From: an uncultured Clostridia bacterium
Lineage (GTDB): Bacteria > Bacillota > Clostridia > TANB77 > CAG-508
Direction of reading: 5' to 3'
NCBI GenBank assembly: GCA_944388715.1
Contig: CALXJV010000002.1
Location: 1 to 47,061, forward strand
DNA: 47,061 bases
The notes under the pieces were generated by a model that worked only from the letters and a program-made list of their open reading frames with translations, was not told where the DNA came from and ran no database searches. Position numbers and translations under genes: made by a program. Within the stretch, counting starts at the first letter, position 1; each line of letters begins with the position of its first letter. Positions 37,234 through 45,404 of this stretch are shown here, piece after piece.

Positions 37234-38652
37234 TTATTCAACAATTTTATGCATGTTTTCTTCACTAGTTCCATCTGCATTTTCTACTGTTGTAATTTCA
37301 ATTTCAGGTCTTATTGAAACCACTGGTCTAAGACCAACCTCTTGATAATTATCATAATAATTATACCCATGTGAAACTGTAAAAGGTTGTCCTTGTAACG
37401 CTTTATCATTTATTGTACAAATTCCAAATTTAGCATTGGTATCTACTACATTAACAAAACGAGAAGCAATCCAATATTCTTTTCCAGTTCCAAAAATCAA
37501 ATCATATACCACACTACTTTTAAAGTTTTCTTCTGAAGTAGGCCAATCAAATCGGTAAAATGTCTGTGTTACAGTTAAGCTTTGACTCGCTTCGGCCATT
37601 TCCTCTTTTGCTCCAGTATTACGTCCATCATCGCTTGTATCTATCCCATCTGTTTTTACACTTTCTGTATCTATACCACTACCATTTTCTTCAGCATATA
37701 AACTTGGATAAACGTTTCCTTCTACCTTTTTTGATTTTCCATATTGTACTCCAGTTCCTTTTCCATAAGAATCTCTTTCACTTTTTCCCTTATCACTTAA
37801 CCAATATTCTATATCTTTTATATTTATATTCCTTGCTTCTACTCCTAAAGAACTATTACTATAAAAATGATTGCATATGCCATTTATAACCAGAACTCCA
37901 TTATTATATCCTAAATATCCACCAAAATGTGGTCCCCAATATGTAGAAGTTTCGCTTATCAAATCTACTGTTCCATCTTCATGAATATTCAATATTCTCC
38001 ACTTCATTCCTTCTACTTGAGTTATCTCTACATCTCCATCAGTATATCCACTTGTATTTTGTGATAAATAATATGTACTAGCAGAGTCATAAGTGTAATT
38101 TACATAGTCTCCTATTTCTAATCCTGGTCTTACTTCTGTTTCTATTTCAACTATATTTACTGCCTCTTCATCCTCTTGTGTATAATCTGTATAATACATC
38201 TTTGTTGTTCCATTTTCATTAACCCCTACACCTTGTACATAAAATATATTATGACTCTTTTGATTTATTACATATATATCCATTAATTCTGATTGGTCAA
38301 TACTGTTATTCTCTTTATATTTTTCATAATCTTTACCATAATTCAATGTTAAACCATCTAAAGCTTTTAAATCTATAATCAAAAATCCATTCACATCATC
38401 ATTTGCCCCTAATGGAAATCTTGATAACATACTTGTATTTGTATATTGAGTACTTGCTGGCAATGCACCATATTGTGAATAATATAATGAAATTTTATCT
38501 CTCAAATTTGAAATATCATTTTGCATATTTGTCAAGTTTTTTACATATATACTATCTTTTGCTGAATAAACTAGCATTCCTGTAACAATCAAAATTATTA
38601 TAACAGCAATTGATAATGTAATTACTGTAATTCCTCTATTCTTTTTTATCAT
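37234..38652 (-). CDS. Large protein with prepilin-like N-terminus (no Glu5)
   Basis: The N-terminus MIKKNRG/ITVITLSIAVIIILIV looks like a class III signal but has Thr at +5. The 440-aa extracellular body ends with the pattern EYWIASRF...GLRPVVSI. Confidence 0.5.
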   Translation of the reverse strand: MIKKNRGITVITLSIAVIIILIVTGMLVYSAKDSIYVKNLTNMQNDISNLRDKISLYYSQYGALPASTQYTNTSMLSRFPLGANDDVNGFLIIDLKALDGLTLNYGKDYEKYKENNSIDQSELMDIYVINQKSHNIFYVQGVGVNENGTTKMYYTDYTQEDEEAVNIVEIETEVRPGLEIGDYVNYTYDSASTYYLSQNTSGYTDGDVEITQVEGMKWRILNIHEDGTVDLISETSTYWGPHFGGYLGYNNGVLVINGICNHFYSNSSLGVEARNINIKDIEYWLSDKGKSERDSYGKGTGVQYGKSKKVEGNVYPSLYAEENGSGIDTESVKTDGIDTSDDGRNTGAKEEMAEASQSLTVTQTFYRFDWPTSEENFKSSVVYDLIFGTGKEYWIASRFVNVVDTNAKFGICTINDKALQGQPFTVSHGYNYYDNYQEVGLRPVVSIRPEIEITTVENADGTSEENMHKIVE

Positions 38653-38689
38653 TTGAATACCTCCAAAACTTCTTTAGTATAGTTTACTA

Positions 38690-39385
38690 TTAAATCAATT
38701 TATTTTCAATAGGATTTTTTAGATTTTTTAGTTCATAATCTATATTTTTATACAAAATTTTTCTATTTTCATATATTATTTTTTCTCTGATTAATATTCC
38801 CCATAAAAACATTATTGCTAAAAAAATTGCAATATTCCTTAAAAATAAAATGACTATACTAGCAAATATTGTTAATATTATCAATGTAATAAAAGAAATA
38901 TTATATATGTAATCTTCTGCTAGATGTTTTCCATTTAAAAGATATATTATGCCTTTCAATATTCTACCTCCATCTAGCGGATATATTGGTAATATGTTAA
39001 ATATTATTAATAATATATTAGAATAAATCATCAATAATTTGTCATTATAACTAAGATTTGCAATATTGATTATAGATAATATACCTATTATTAACACATT
39101 TGTTAAAGGTCCTGCACATGCTACAAAAATTTTTTTGACTTCTAAAAGATTTCCTTTTTTTATTTTTATATTATAATCTTTTTCTTTTATCTTAAATTCA
39201 ATAGAAACACCAAGTGGTCTTATTTCAATCTTTTCTGGTTTCATTCCTACTATCAAACCAGCAATCAAATGACCAAATTCATGTATTATTGCAAATATCA
39301 TTATCATTGCATATATTTTTATCTGATTAGTTATAAGGAATAATATTATTAATATAAATATTTTTAAATCAATCCTAAATCTCAT
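38690..39385 (-). CDS. M50 site-2 protease (SpoIVFB-like)
   Basis: HEFGH zinc motif inside a TM segment, a second NILPIYPLDGGRI motif, and a polytopic topology. Confidence 0.8.
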   Translation of the reverse strand: MRFRIDLKIFILIILFLITNQIKIYAMIMIFAIIHEFGHLIAGLIVGMKPEKIEIRPLGVSIEFKIKEKDYNIKIKKGNLLEVKKIFVACAGPLTNVLIIGILSIINIANLSYNDKLLMIYSNILLIIFNILPIYPLDGGRILKGIIYLLNGKHLAEDYIYNISFITLIILTIFASIVILFLRNIAIFLAIMFLWGILIREKIIYENRKILYKNIDYELKNLKNPIENKLI

Positions 39386-39496
39386 TTTCTCCTGTATGAC
39401 TACTTCCCATCATACACTCCTTGTAAAATATTTAGGTTTTTGTAAGGCTATTACCTATAAACCTATAATCAAATTGCCCCTTCTTATAAATTACAT

Positions 39497-39632
39497 ATTC
39501 TTTCTTCTACTGTCATTGCTCTTTCCAGAACAGTAGCGAGCTTTCTTAAACATTTTTCCTATTCAATAACAAAACACCTCTTCCTTAGTTTCTTGTTAAA
39601 CTATATGTTTGGAAAAGATGTTTTATTCATTT
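39497..39632. repeat. Duplicate of the M23-peptidase promoter/RBS/first codons, interrupted by a 43-nt insert
   Basis: 39497-39527 is identical to 41665-41695 (31 nt). 39571-39632 is identical to 41700-41761 (62 nt). The insert lies at 39528-39570. Confidence 0.9.
39600..39628 (-). promoter_or_regulatory. Possible sigma-E-type promoter (duplicated copy) upstream of the M50 protease gene
   Basis: The minus strand reads GAATAAA-14 nt-CATATAGT. I recall the sigma-E consensus as ZHATAXX-14-CATACAHT. Confidence 0.3.
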
Positions 39633-39760
39633 GAAATTAAAATATTTAATTTTTTCACTCTGAATTATATTACTAGAAAATTCATAATATTTCTTTCAAA
39701 TATTTGGTTTTTAATTTCACTTTAAGTTATATAGCTGGATAAATAATTTTACAATATTAG

Positions 39761-40090
39761 CTATTTAATTATTAATAGAATTAATTGTATAAAAATTATT
39801 ATACTGGTTATATATGCGTATTTTTTTAATTTTTTATTTATTTTAGAATTTATTATAACTTCTTTCTCTGACTTCTCTACTTTTTCTATATAATCTAATA
39901 CTAACATTTCTGCTTCTTTTACAGCATATCTGTTACTTTCTTCCTCTTCTTTCTTTTTCTCATTGTTTTTATTTATCTTTTGAAATTTCCTTATCATCTT
40001 ATTTGATTTAAAAACTACATATGCCTCTTTTACAATATTAGATGGTAAATCTTTTAAAATTATCATATTTTTTGAATCTAAATCTTCCAT
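39761..40090 (-). CDS. Small tail-anchored membrane protein, unknown function
   Basis: 109-aa ORF. The body is K/E-rich and the C-terminal TM segment is YAYITSIIIFIQLILLII. Confidence 0.5.
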   Translation of the reverse strand: MEDLDSKNMIILKDLPSNIVKEAYVVFKSNKMIRKFQKINKNNEKKKEEEESNRYAVKEAEMLVLDYIEKVEKSEKEVIINSKINKKLKKYAYITSIIIFIQLILLIIK

Positions 40091-40150
40091 AAATACCTCC
40101 TTTGTTTCCTATGTATCTGTATTAATTATTTCCATATTTTTTCAACTTAT

Positions 40151-40210
40151 ACAAAAAAATATAAAACAACTGGGATATTGTAAATGTACTTACAATATCC
40201 CAGTTGTTTT
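40151..40210 (-). terminator. Strong rho-independent terminator
   Basis: Perfect 21-bp stem AAAACAACTGGGATATTGTAA/TTACAATATCCCAGTTGTTTT, followed on the minus strand by a T-run. Confidence 0.8.
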
Positions 40211-40219
40211 ACATTTTTT

Positions 40220-40750
40220 CTAGTCAATTTTTTCTATATCTATTCTTGCTTTTTGATATTCTATATCTTCTATTGAAACTCCTAATAGTTTTAATGTGTC
40301 TCCAGAGTTTAGCCTCAATATTACAGTGCTAGTTAGAGTAATCCTATTATTTACTAAATCTTCTAATACTGGTCCATCATTAAATGTACTATCTATTGGA
40401 ACATCATTAGCCGATAATACTGCATTAAAGTTAAATGAACCTGCACCTTCTTTTATTCCAAATAATTGATATGATATTTGATAAATTCCTGTTTCATTAA
40501 TTGTTATTGCATCACTTCCCTCTTCATGTGTTAGTGCATTTCCTACTACAATATCATTTTGACTGAACTTTATTGTTGTTGTTCCTTGTTGTGTGTTATC
40601 TCCTTGTACAGCAATTGCTGTTAGTATATCTTTTTGTTGATTTTGATTGCTTAAAATTACTATTAAAACTATTGTTGTTAAGATAATCATACCAATTATA
40701 AATATTATTGAACATTTTGTAGCTTGATTAAATTCACAATTACAATCCAT
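40220..40750 (-). CDS. Membrane-anchored protein with C1q/TNF- or BclA-C-terminal-like jelly-roll domain
   Basis: N-terminal TM segment, then ...ITINETGIYQISYQL...ITLTSTVILRLNSGDTLKL..., a pattern seen in C1q/BclA-CTD folds. The start was moved to the ATG at 40750, which follows GGGGGA. Confidence 0.4.
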   Translation of the reverse strand: MDCNCEFNQATKCSIIFIIGMIILTTIVLIVILSNQNQQKDILTAIAVQGDNTQQGTTTIKFSQNDIVVGNALTHEEGSDAITINETGIYQISYQLFGIKEGAGSFNFNAVLSANDVPIDSTFNDGPVLEDLVNNRITLTSTVILRLNSGDTLKLLGVSIEDIEYQKARIDIEKID

Positions 40751-40805
40751 AAAAATCCCCCTATATATTATATGAGAATTTTTACTGCATGTTATTTGGG
40801 ACATT

Positions 40806-41696
40806 TTACAATTCTAGAATTTTTTGAGGATCTACCGTTCTTTCTGATATTCTAATTTCAAAATGCAAATGTGGTCCTGTTGAATTTCCTGTAGAGCCAA
40901 CTTCTGCTATCTCTTGGCCCTGTGTTATTTGATCTCCTTCTTTAACATATATGTTATTACAATGTGCATAAATTATGCTTACTTCACCTATTTGTATTTT
41001 TAAATGTTTTCCATAATCCCCCTCTTCCGAAACCAAAACCACTTGCCCATTTGTAGCTGATTTTATCTTAGTTCCAGTTGTTGACGCTATATCAGTCCCT
41101 GTATGATTTTTAGGTACACTCCCAGTTGCTGTATCTCTAAAACCATAAATTGAACTTATAGTCCCTTCTACCGGTTTTATAAAGCTTGTCGTATTTTTTA
41201 CATTTAAAATATCTTGTTCTTCTTGTGATAAATTTTGATTTTTCTGCGTTTCTTGATTTGTTTCTTCTGGTTGCTTAGTCTCTTCTACAGCTCCTCCAAT
41301 ACCATTATTGTTTAGATTTTCTTCCACAGCATTTGTATTTTGTCCTTGATTGTCCTCTTGACTTCCTTGTTTATTAAAAAGGCTCATAATATAATTTTTA
41401 GTATCTCTATACAATTTTGTAAAATCAATATCCTGAGATATAATTTCATTTACTTTATTTATAAAGTCTTCTGAAAATATATATTTATTATTTTGAATTG
41501 TATAAATTACTAAATATATACATGTGCAAATTATAAGTTGAATTACGATTTTTTTTAATAACTTTATATCCTTTTTTTCTTTTTTTTCGCTCTTTTTTTC
41601 TTCCGAAACTATGGTTAAACCTTCATTTCTTTTTCTTCGTTCATATATTTCTTCTGCTCGTCTAATTCTTTCTTCTACTGTCATTGCTCTTTCCAT
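40806..41696 (-). CDS. Membrane-anchored M23 (LytM) metallopeptidase, SpoIVFA/SpoIIQ-like
   Basis: One TM segment, a low-complexity linker, then an intact HTGTDIA ... GPHLHFEI zinc-ligand motif pair. Confidence 0.85.
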   Translation of the reverse strand: MERAMTVEERIRRAEEIYERRKRNEGLTIVSEEKKSEKKEKKDIKLLKKIVIQLIICTCIYLVIYTIQNNKYIFSEDFINKVNEIISQDIDFTKLYRDTKNYIMSLFNKQGSQEDNQGQNTNAVEENLNNNGIGGAVEETKQPEETNQETQKNQNLSQEEQDILNVKNTTSFIKPVEGTISSIYGFRDTATGSVPKNHTGTDIASTTGTKIKSATNGQVVLVSEEGDYGKHLKIQIGEVSIIYAHCNNIYVKEGDQITQGQEIAEVGSTGNSTGPHLHFEIRISERTVDPQKILEL

Positions 41697-41761
41697 AAAA
41701 AAACACCTCTTCCTTAGTTTCTTGTTAAACTATATGTTTGGAAAAGATGTTTTATTCATTT
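41665..41761. repeat. Parent copy of the duplicated promoter/5' segment
   Basis: Identical blocks shared with 39497-39632. It includes the RBS AAGGAAGAGGTG and codons 1-11 of the M23 gene. Confidence 0.9.
41729..41757 (-). promoter_or_regulatory. Possible sigma-E-type promoter of the M23 peptidase gene
   Basis: The minus strand reads GAATAAA-14 nt-CATATAGT, about 30 nt upstream of the RBS. Confidence 0.35.
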
Positions 41762-42259
41762 AAATTTAATATATTGTTTCTCTATTTATTCTAAAATATG
41801 GTAAGCTATTTCCGTCTGATGTTATAAATAATACGCCATTCCCCCCTATTCCTTCTGAATCATTTCCAAATATTTGTATAATATTAGTTACATCTTTAAC
41901 TTTATCTATAAAAAATACTAATTACTATTTTTAGTAATTAGCTTCTAATTCTCACGATTAATTCACCTTTTATTTTTTAATATCAATTTTTTTCATCCTC
42001 TCAATTATTAATTTTTATCCATCATATAATCCATGTTTATATATGATTTCTCTAAAAAGTCATCTATCTCATAGTCAATTTTCTCCGTATGAAAAAACCT
42101 CCAATTTTTTCTGATTAACATTTTAATACATTAACCAATAAATATTGGAAGTTTATTGTCTTATAATTTTTTCATTTATAGCTTTGGTTGCTGATTTTTC
42201 ACTTTTTCTATGCCTATTTTCATAGAGTTTATAGGATTGTAAATTCAAAAGTATTTTTT

Positions 42260-42318
42260 CAAAGTCCGTCCCCTAATCCCTGTTTTTAGGAATTTTTAGG
42301 ACCGTCCCTTAATCCCTA
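42260..42318. repeat. Family B intergenic repeat, copy B3
   Basis: CAAAGTCCGTCCCCTAATCCCTGTTTTTAGGAATTTTTAGGACCGTCCCTTAATCCCTA. Its last three bases are the complement of the spo0A TAG stop codon. Confidence 0.8.
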
Positions 42319-43140
42319 TGCTGATTTTAATTCTAGGCGTAACTTGTCAGCTATCATTGCTATAAATTCGCTATTAGTTGGCTTTCCTTTTACTGCTGAA
42401 ATTGTATATCCAAATATATTTTCTACTACTTCCTGTTGTCCTCTTCCCCATGCTACTTCTATAGCATGACGAATTGCTCTTTCTACACGACTAGGAGTTG
42501 TATTAAATTTGTGAGCTATTTGTGGATATAAACTTTTTGTTATTTGATTAATTACATCAATATCATTTACAACCATTATTATAGCCTCTCTTAAATACTG
42601 ATATCCTTTTATATGTGCTGGTACACCAACTTCATGAATTATATTTGTTACTAGTGCTTCTAAATTTTCTTCTGTTTTAGTACCATCTTGAGAAATTTCT
42701 ATATACTGAGGTTTTGATTCTCTTGATATAAAATTGTTATTAGTATTTTGCGTTGCTGGTTTATAAAATTTAAATTCCCTAATTCTTTGTATTAATACTT
42801 CAATGTCAAATGGTTTTACCACATAGTATTGTGCTCCTAATTCTATAGCTCTTTGAGTTATTTTATCTTGTCCAACCGCTGATAGCATTATGCAAATTGG
42901 ATTTTTACTTATTTTTATTTTATTAATATTTTCTAAAACACCTAATCCATCTAAATGTGGCATAATTACATCTAATAAAATTACATCTGGTACTGTATTT
43001 GCAATTATATCTATCACTTCTGTTCCATCTTTGGCTCTTGCTATAACCTCCATATCTTCTTGTGCATCAATATATGATGCTAATGTCTGACTGAATTCTT
43101 GATTATCATCTGCTATTAAAACTGTAATCTTTTCTTTCAT
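42316..43140 (-). CDS. spo0A: Sporulation master regulator Spo0A
   Basis: Receiver domain (LIADDN...[14 protein letters not shown]) plus the Spo0A-specific C-terminal DNA-binding domain ([28 protein letters not shown]). Confidence 0.93.
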   Translation of the reverse strand: MKEKITVLIADDNQEFSQTLASYIDAQEDMEVIARAKDGTEVIDIIANTVPDVILLDVIMPHLDGLGVLENINKIKISKNPICIMLSAVGQDKITQRAIELGAQYYVVKPFDIEVLIQRIREFKFYKPATQNTNNNFISRESKPQYIEISQDGTKTEENLEALVTNIIHEVGVPAHIKGYQYLREAIIMVVNDIDVINQITKSLYPQIAHKFNTTPSRVERAIRHAIEVAWGRGQQEVVENIFGYTISAVKGKPTNSEFIAMIADKLRLELKSA

Positions 43141-43254
43141 TTGTTCCTCCTCTATTTAAATAAATTGTAAAAATTTTACAGTTCAAATTATATTATTACA
43201 GATAATAAATTGCAATAAAAACTGGTAATTTTTTCCAATTATTTTATAAAACTC

Positions 43255-43893
43255 TTATTTTTTTATACTTTTCTCTATATATTTTTTAGATAATACTTTT
43301 AGATCCAATAAATTAATATTTTTTAATTCATAATCCTTTAATAATCTCTCTTTTTTATCCTCTTCCATTTCTATTTTACAAACAATTTCTTCTGTATAAC
43401 AAGTATCTTTTATATTTATATCATTATTTTTACAGTAATATTTAAATTTTTCAAAATTGCTGTATTCTAAAGTCGCTTGGCACTCTGTACCTATTATAAG
43501 CTCTAAAAGTTCACTTTCTTCTATTGCTTTTAATAAACTATCTGAATAAGCTCTAACAAGTCCTCCTGTACCTAATAATATTCCTCCAAAATATCTTGTT
43601 ACAACTATTAATACACCTACTAAATTATTTTTCTGTAAAATATTGAGCATTGGACTTCCAGCAGTTCCAGATGGTTCTCCATCATCACTAAATCTTTCTA
43701 TTATTTTTTCATCTTCTAATACGCGATATGAAATACAATTATGTCTTGCATCAAAATATTTCTTTTTTATCTTTTTTATTTCTGCTTCCGCGTTTTCTTT
43801 TGATGAGACCTTTATAAAATTAGCAATAAATTTTGATTTTTTTACCACTATTTCTGTTTCTATATTATTTTTTATTGTTAGAAATTTATTCAT
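43255..43893 (-). CDS. IMPACT/YigZ-family protein
   Basis: KKSKFIANF...ARHNCISYRV...DDGEPSGTAGSPML blocks. Confidence 0.8.
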   Translation of the reverse strand: MNKFLTIKNNIETEIVVKKSKFIANFIKVSSKENAEAEIKKIKKKYFDARHNCISYRVLEDEKIIERFSDDGEPSGTAGSPMLNILQKNNLVGVLIVVTRYFGGILLGTGGLVRAYSDSLLKAIEESELLELIIGTECQATLEYSNFEKFKYYCKNNDINIKDTCYTEEIVCKIEMEEDKKERLLKDYELKNINLLDLKVLSKKYIEKSIKK

Positions 43894-43910
43894 TTTTTAC
43901 CCTTTTCCTT

Positions 43911-43938
43911 GGAACATCTCAGATACACTAAACGTTCC
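43911..43938. repeat. Short GGAAC...GTTCC element related to the repeat family
   Basis: GGAACATCTCAGATACACTAAACGTTCC shares the word TCTGAGATGT (reverse complement) with the region at 15081-15098 and shares GGAACGTT with family A1. Confidence 0.3.
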
Positions 43939-44058
43939 ATAAATTGATGTAATATATTTGTCTCCATAATATAGAAGATTTTCATTTTAAAAAATTTAAA
44001 AATACTAGCTCTCCTATATTAATAATAATTTTTACCCTTCGCTGATTATCAGAACTTT

Positions 44059-45327
44059 TTAACCTGCTCCTAACATCCCAGCTACATATCCTGTAGAATA
44101 TGCAATTTGCAAATTAAATCCTCCTGTATAAGCGTCTACATCTATTATTTCTCCTGCAAAATACAATCCTTTTACTTTTTTTGATTCCATTGTTTTCGGA
44201 TTTATTTCTTTTGTATTTATTCCTCCACTTGTAATAATCGCTTCTTCTATTGGTCTAAATCCTTTAATTTCCACATTAAAAGATTTAATTGTTTTTATTA
44301 ATTTTTCCCTTTCGTTTTTCGTTATTTCATTAACTTTTTTATTAGAATTTATTTGTGTTCTTTTTATGATTATTGGAATTAGTTTTTGTGGAAATAATTT
44401 ATCTAAACTATTTTTAAATTGCTTATTTTTAAACTCTTCAAAATCTCTTAATATTCTATCATTTAATTTTTTACTATCTAATGCTGGTTTTAAATCTATT
44501 TCCAAAACTATTTTTCTCTCGTTAAACAGTTTATCTATATTTTTATATCTAACCAAATGTGCTGAAGAACTTAAAATTGTAGGACCAGATACTCCAAAAT
44601 GTGTAAATAGCATTTCTCCAAAATCTTCATAAATAGCTTTATTTTTTTCTATATCTTTTAATGTTATTCCTACATTTCTTAAACTTAATCCTTGCAATTC
44701 TTTACATTCATTTTTATTATATCCCTCTAATGGTACCAATGATGGTTTTATTTTCACAATATTGTGTCCTAATTTTTCTGCTAACATATATCCATCACCA
44801 GTTGAGCCTGTTAATGGATAACTTTTTCCTCCCACTGCAAGAATTACATTATCTGATTTCAAAATTTCTTTATCAGTCCTTATTCCTACTATTTTATTAA
44901 TTCCATCTATATTTTCTATCAATATTTCTGTTGCCTTTGTGTTATATTTTATTTCTATATTTAGCTCTTTTATTTTTTTAGTAAAACATTTTAGAACATC
45001 TACAGATTTATCTGTTACAGGAAAAATTCTATTTCCTCTTTCTTCTTTTACTTCTAATCCTTGTTTTCTTAAAAAGTTGATAATATCTTTGTTGGTATAT
45101 TTTTTATAAGCACTATATAAAAACATTCCATTTCCAGGTGTATTTTTTATGAATTCATCCATTTCTAATGAGGAAGTTATATTACACCTTCCTTTTCCTG
45201 TTATCAATAGTTTTTTTCCTAGTTGATTATTTTTCTCTATTATCAAAACTTCGTTATTATTTTCTTTTGCCGTTATTGCTGACATCATTCCAGCAGGTCC
45301 TCCACCTATTACAATTACTTTACTCAT
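44059..45327 (-). CDS. HI0933/BaiN-like NAD(P)/FAD-dependent flavoprotein
   Basis: VIVIGGGPAGMM dinucleotide fold, GKKLLITGKGRCNIT and YFAGEIIDVDAYTGGFNLQ. The start was moved to the ATG at 45327. The ORF-track extension MLNRSILVRFSTSPTF is read from a repeat. Confidence 0.85.
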   Translation of the reverse strand: MSKVIVIGGGPAGMMSAITAKENNNEVLIIEKNNQLGKKLLITGKGRCNITSSLEMDEFIKNTPGNGMFLYSAYKKYTNKDIINFLRKQGLEVKEERGNRIFPVTDKSVDVLKCFTKKIKELNIEIKYNTKATEILIENIDGINKIVGIRTDKEILKSDNVILAVGGKSYPLTGSTGDGYMLAEKLGHNIVKIKPSLVPLEGYNKNECKELQGLSLRNVGITLKDIEKNKAIYEDFGEMLFTHFGVSGPTILSSSAHLVRYKNIDKLFNERKIVLEIDLKPALDSKKLNDRILRDFEEFKNKQFKNSLDKLFPQKLIPIIIKRTQINSNKKVNEITKNEREKLIKTIKSFNVEIKGFRPIEEAIITSGGINTKEINPKTMESKKVKGLYFAGEIIDVDAYTGGFNLQIAYSTGYVAGMLGAG

Positions 45328-45341
45328 GAAAATTCCTTTCT

Positions 45342-45404
45342 GGAACGTTGGGGACGTGCTAAATCGTACCAAAATGGAACGATTTAGCACGTCCCCAACG
45401 TTCC
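45342..45404. repeat. 63-nt palindromic repeat, family A1, copy 2
   Basis: GGAACGTTGGGGACGTGCTAAATCGT-ACCAAAATGGA-ACGATTTAGCACGTCCCCAACGTTCC with perfect 26-bp arms. Confidence 0.9.

Noticed and set aside
42005-42121. 38-aa minus-strand ORF (MLIRKNWRFFHTEKIDYEIDDFLEKSYINMDYMMDKN) in the spo0A-M23 gap.
   Set aside because: It has no Shine-Dalgarno sequence. An ORF of this length is expected by chance in AT-rich DNA. A gene remnant cannot be excluded.
7873-45404. Possibility that the GGGAC-word repeats form a CRISPR array.
   Set aside because: The copies are kilobases apart, differ in architecture, are themselves palindromes and are not separated by regular spacers. No cas genes are present.
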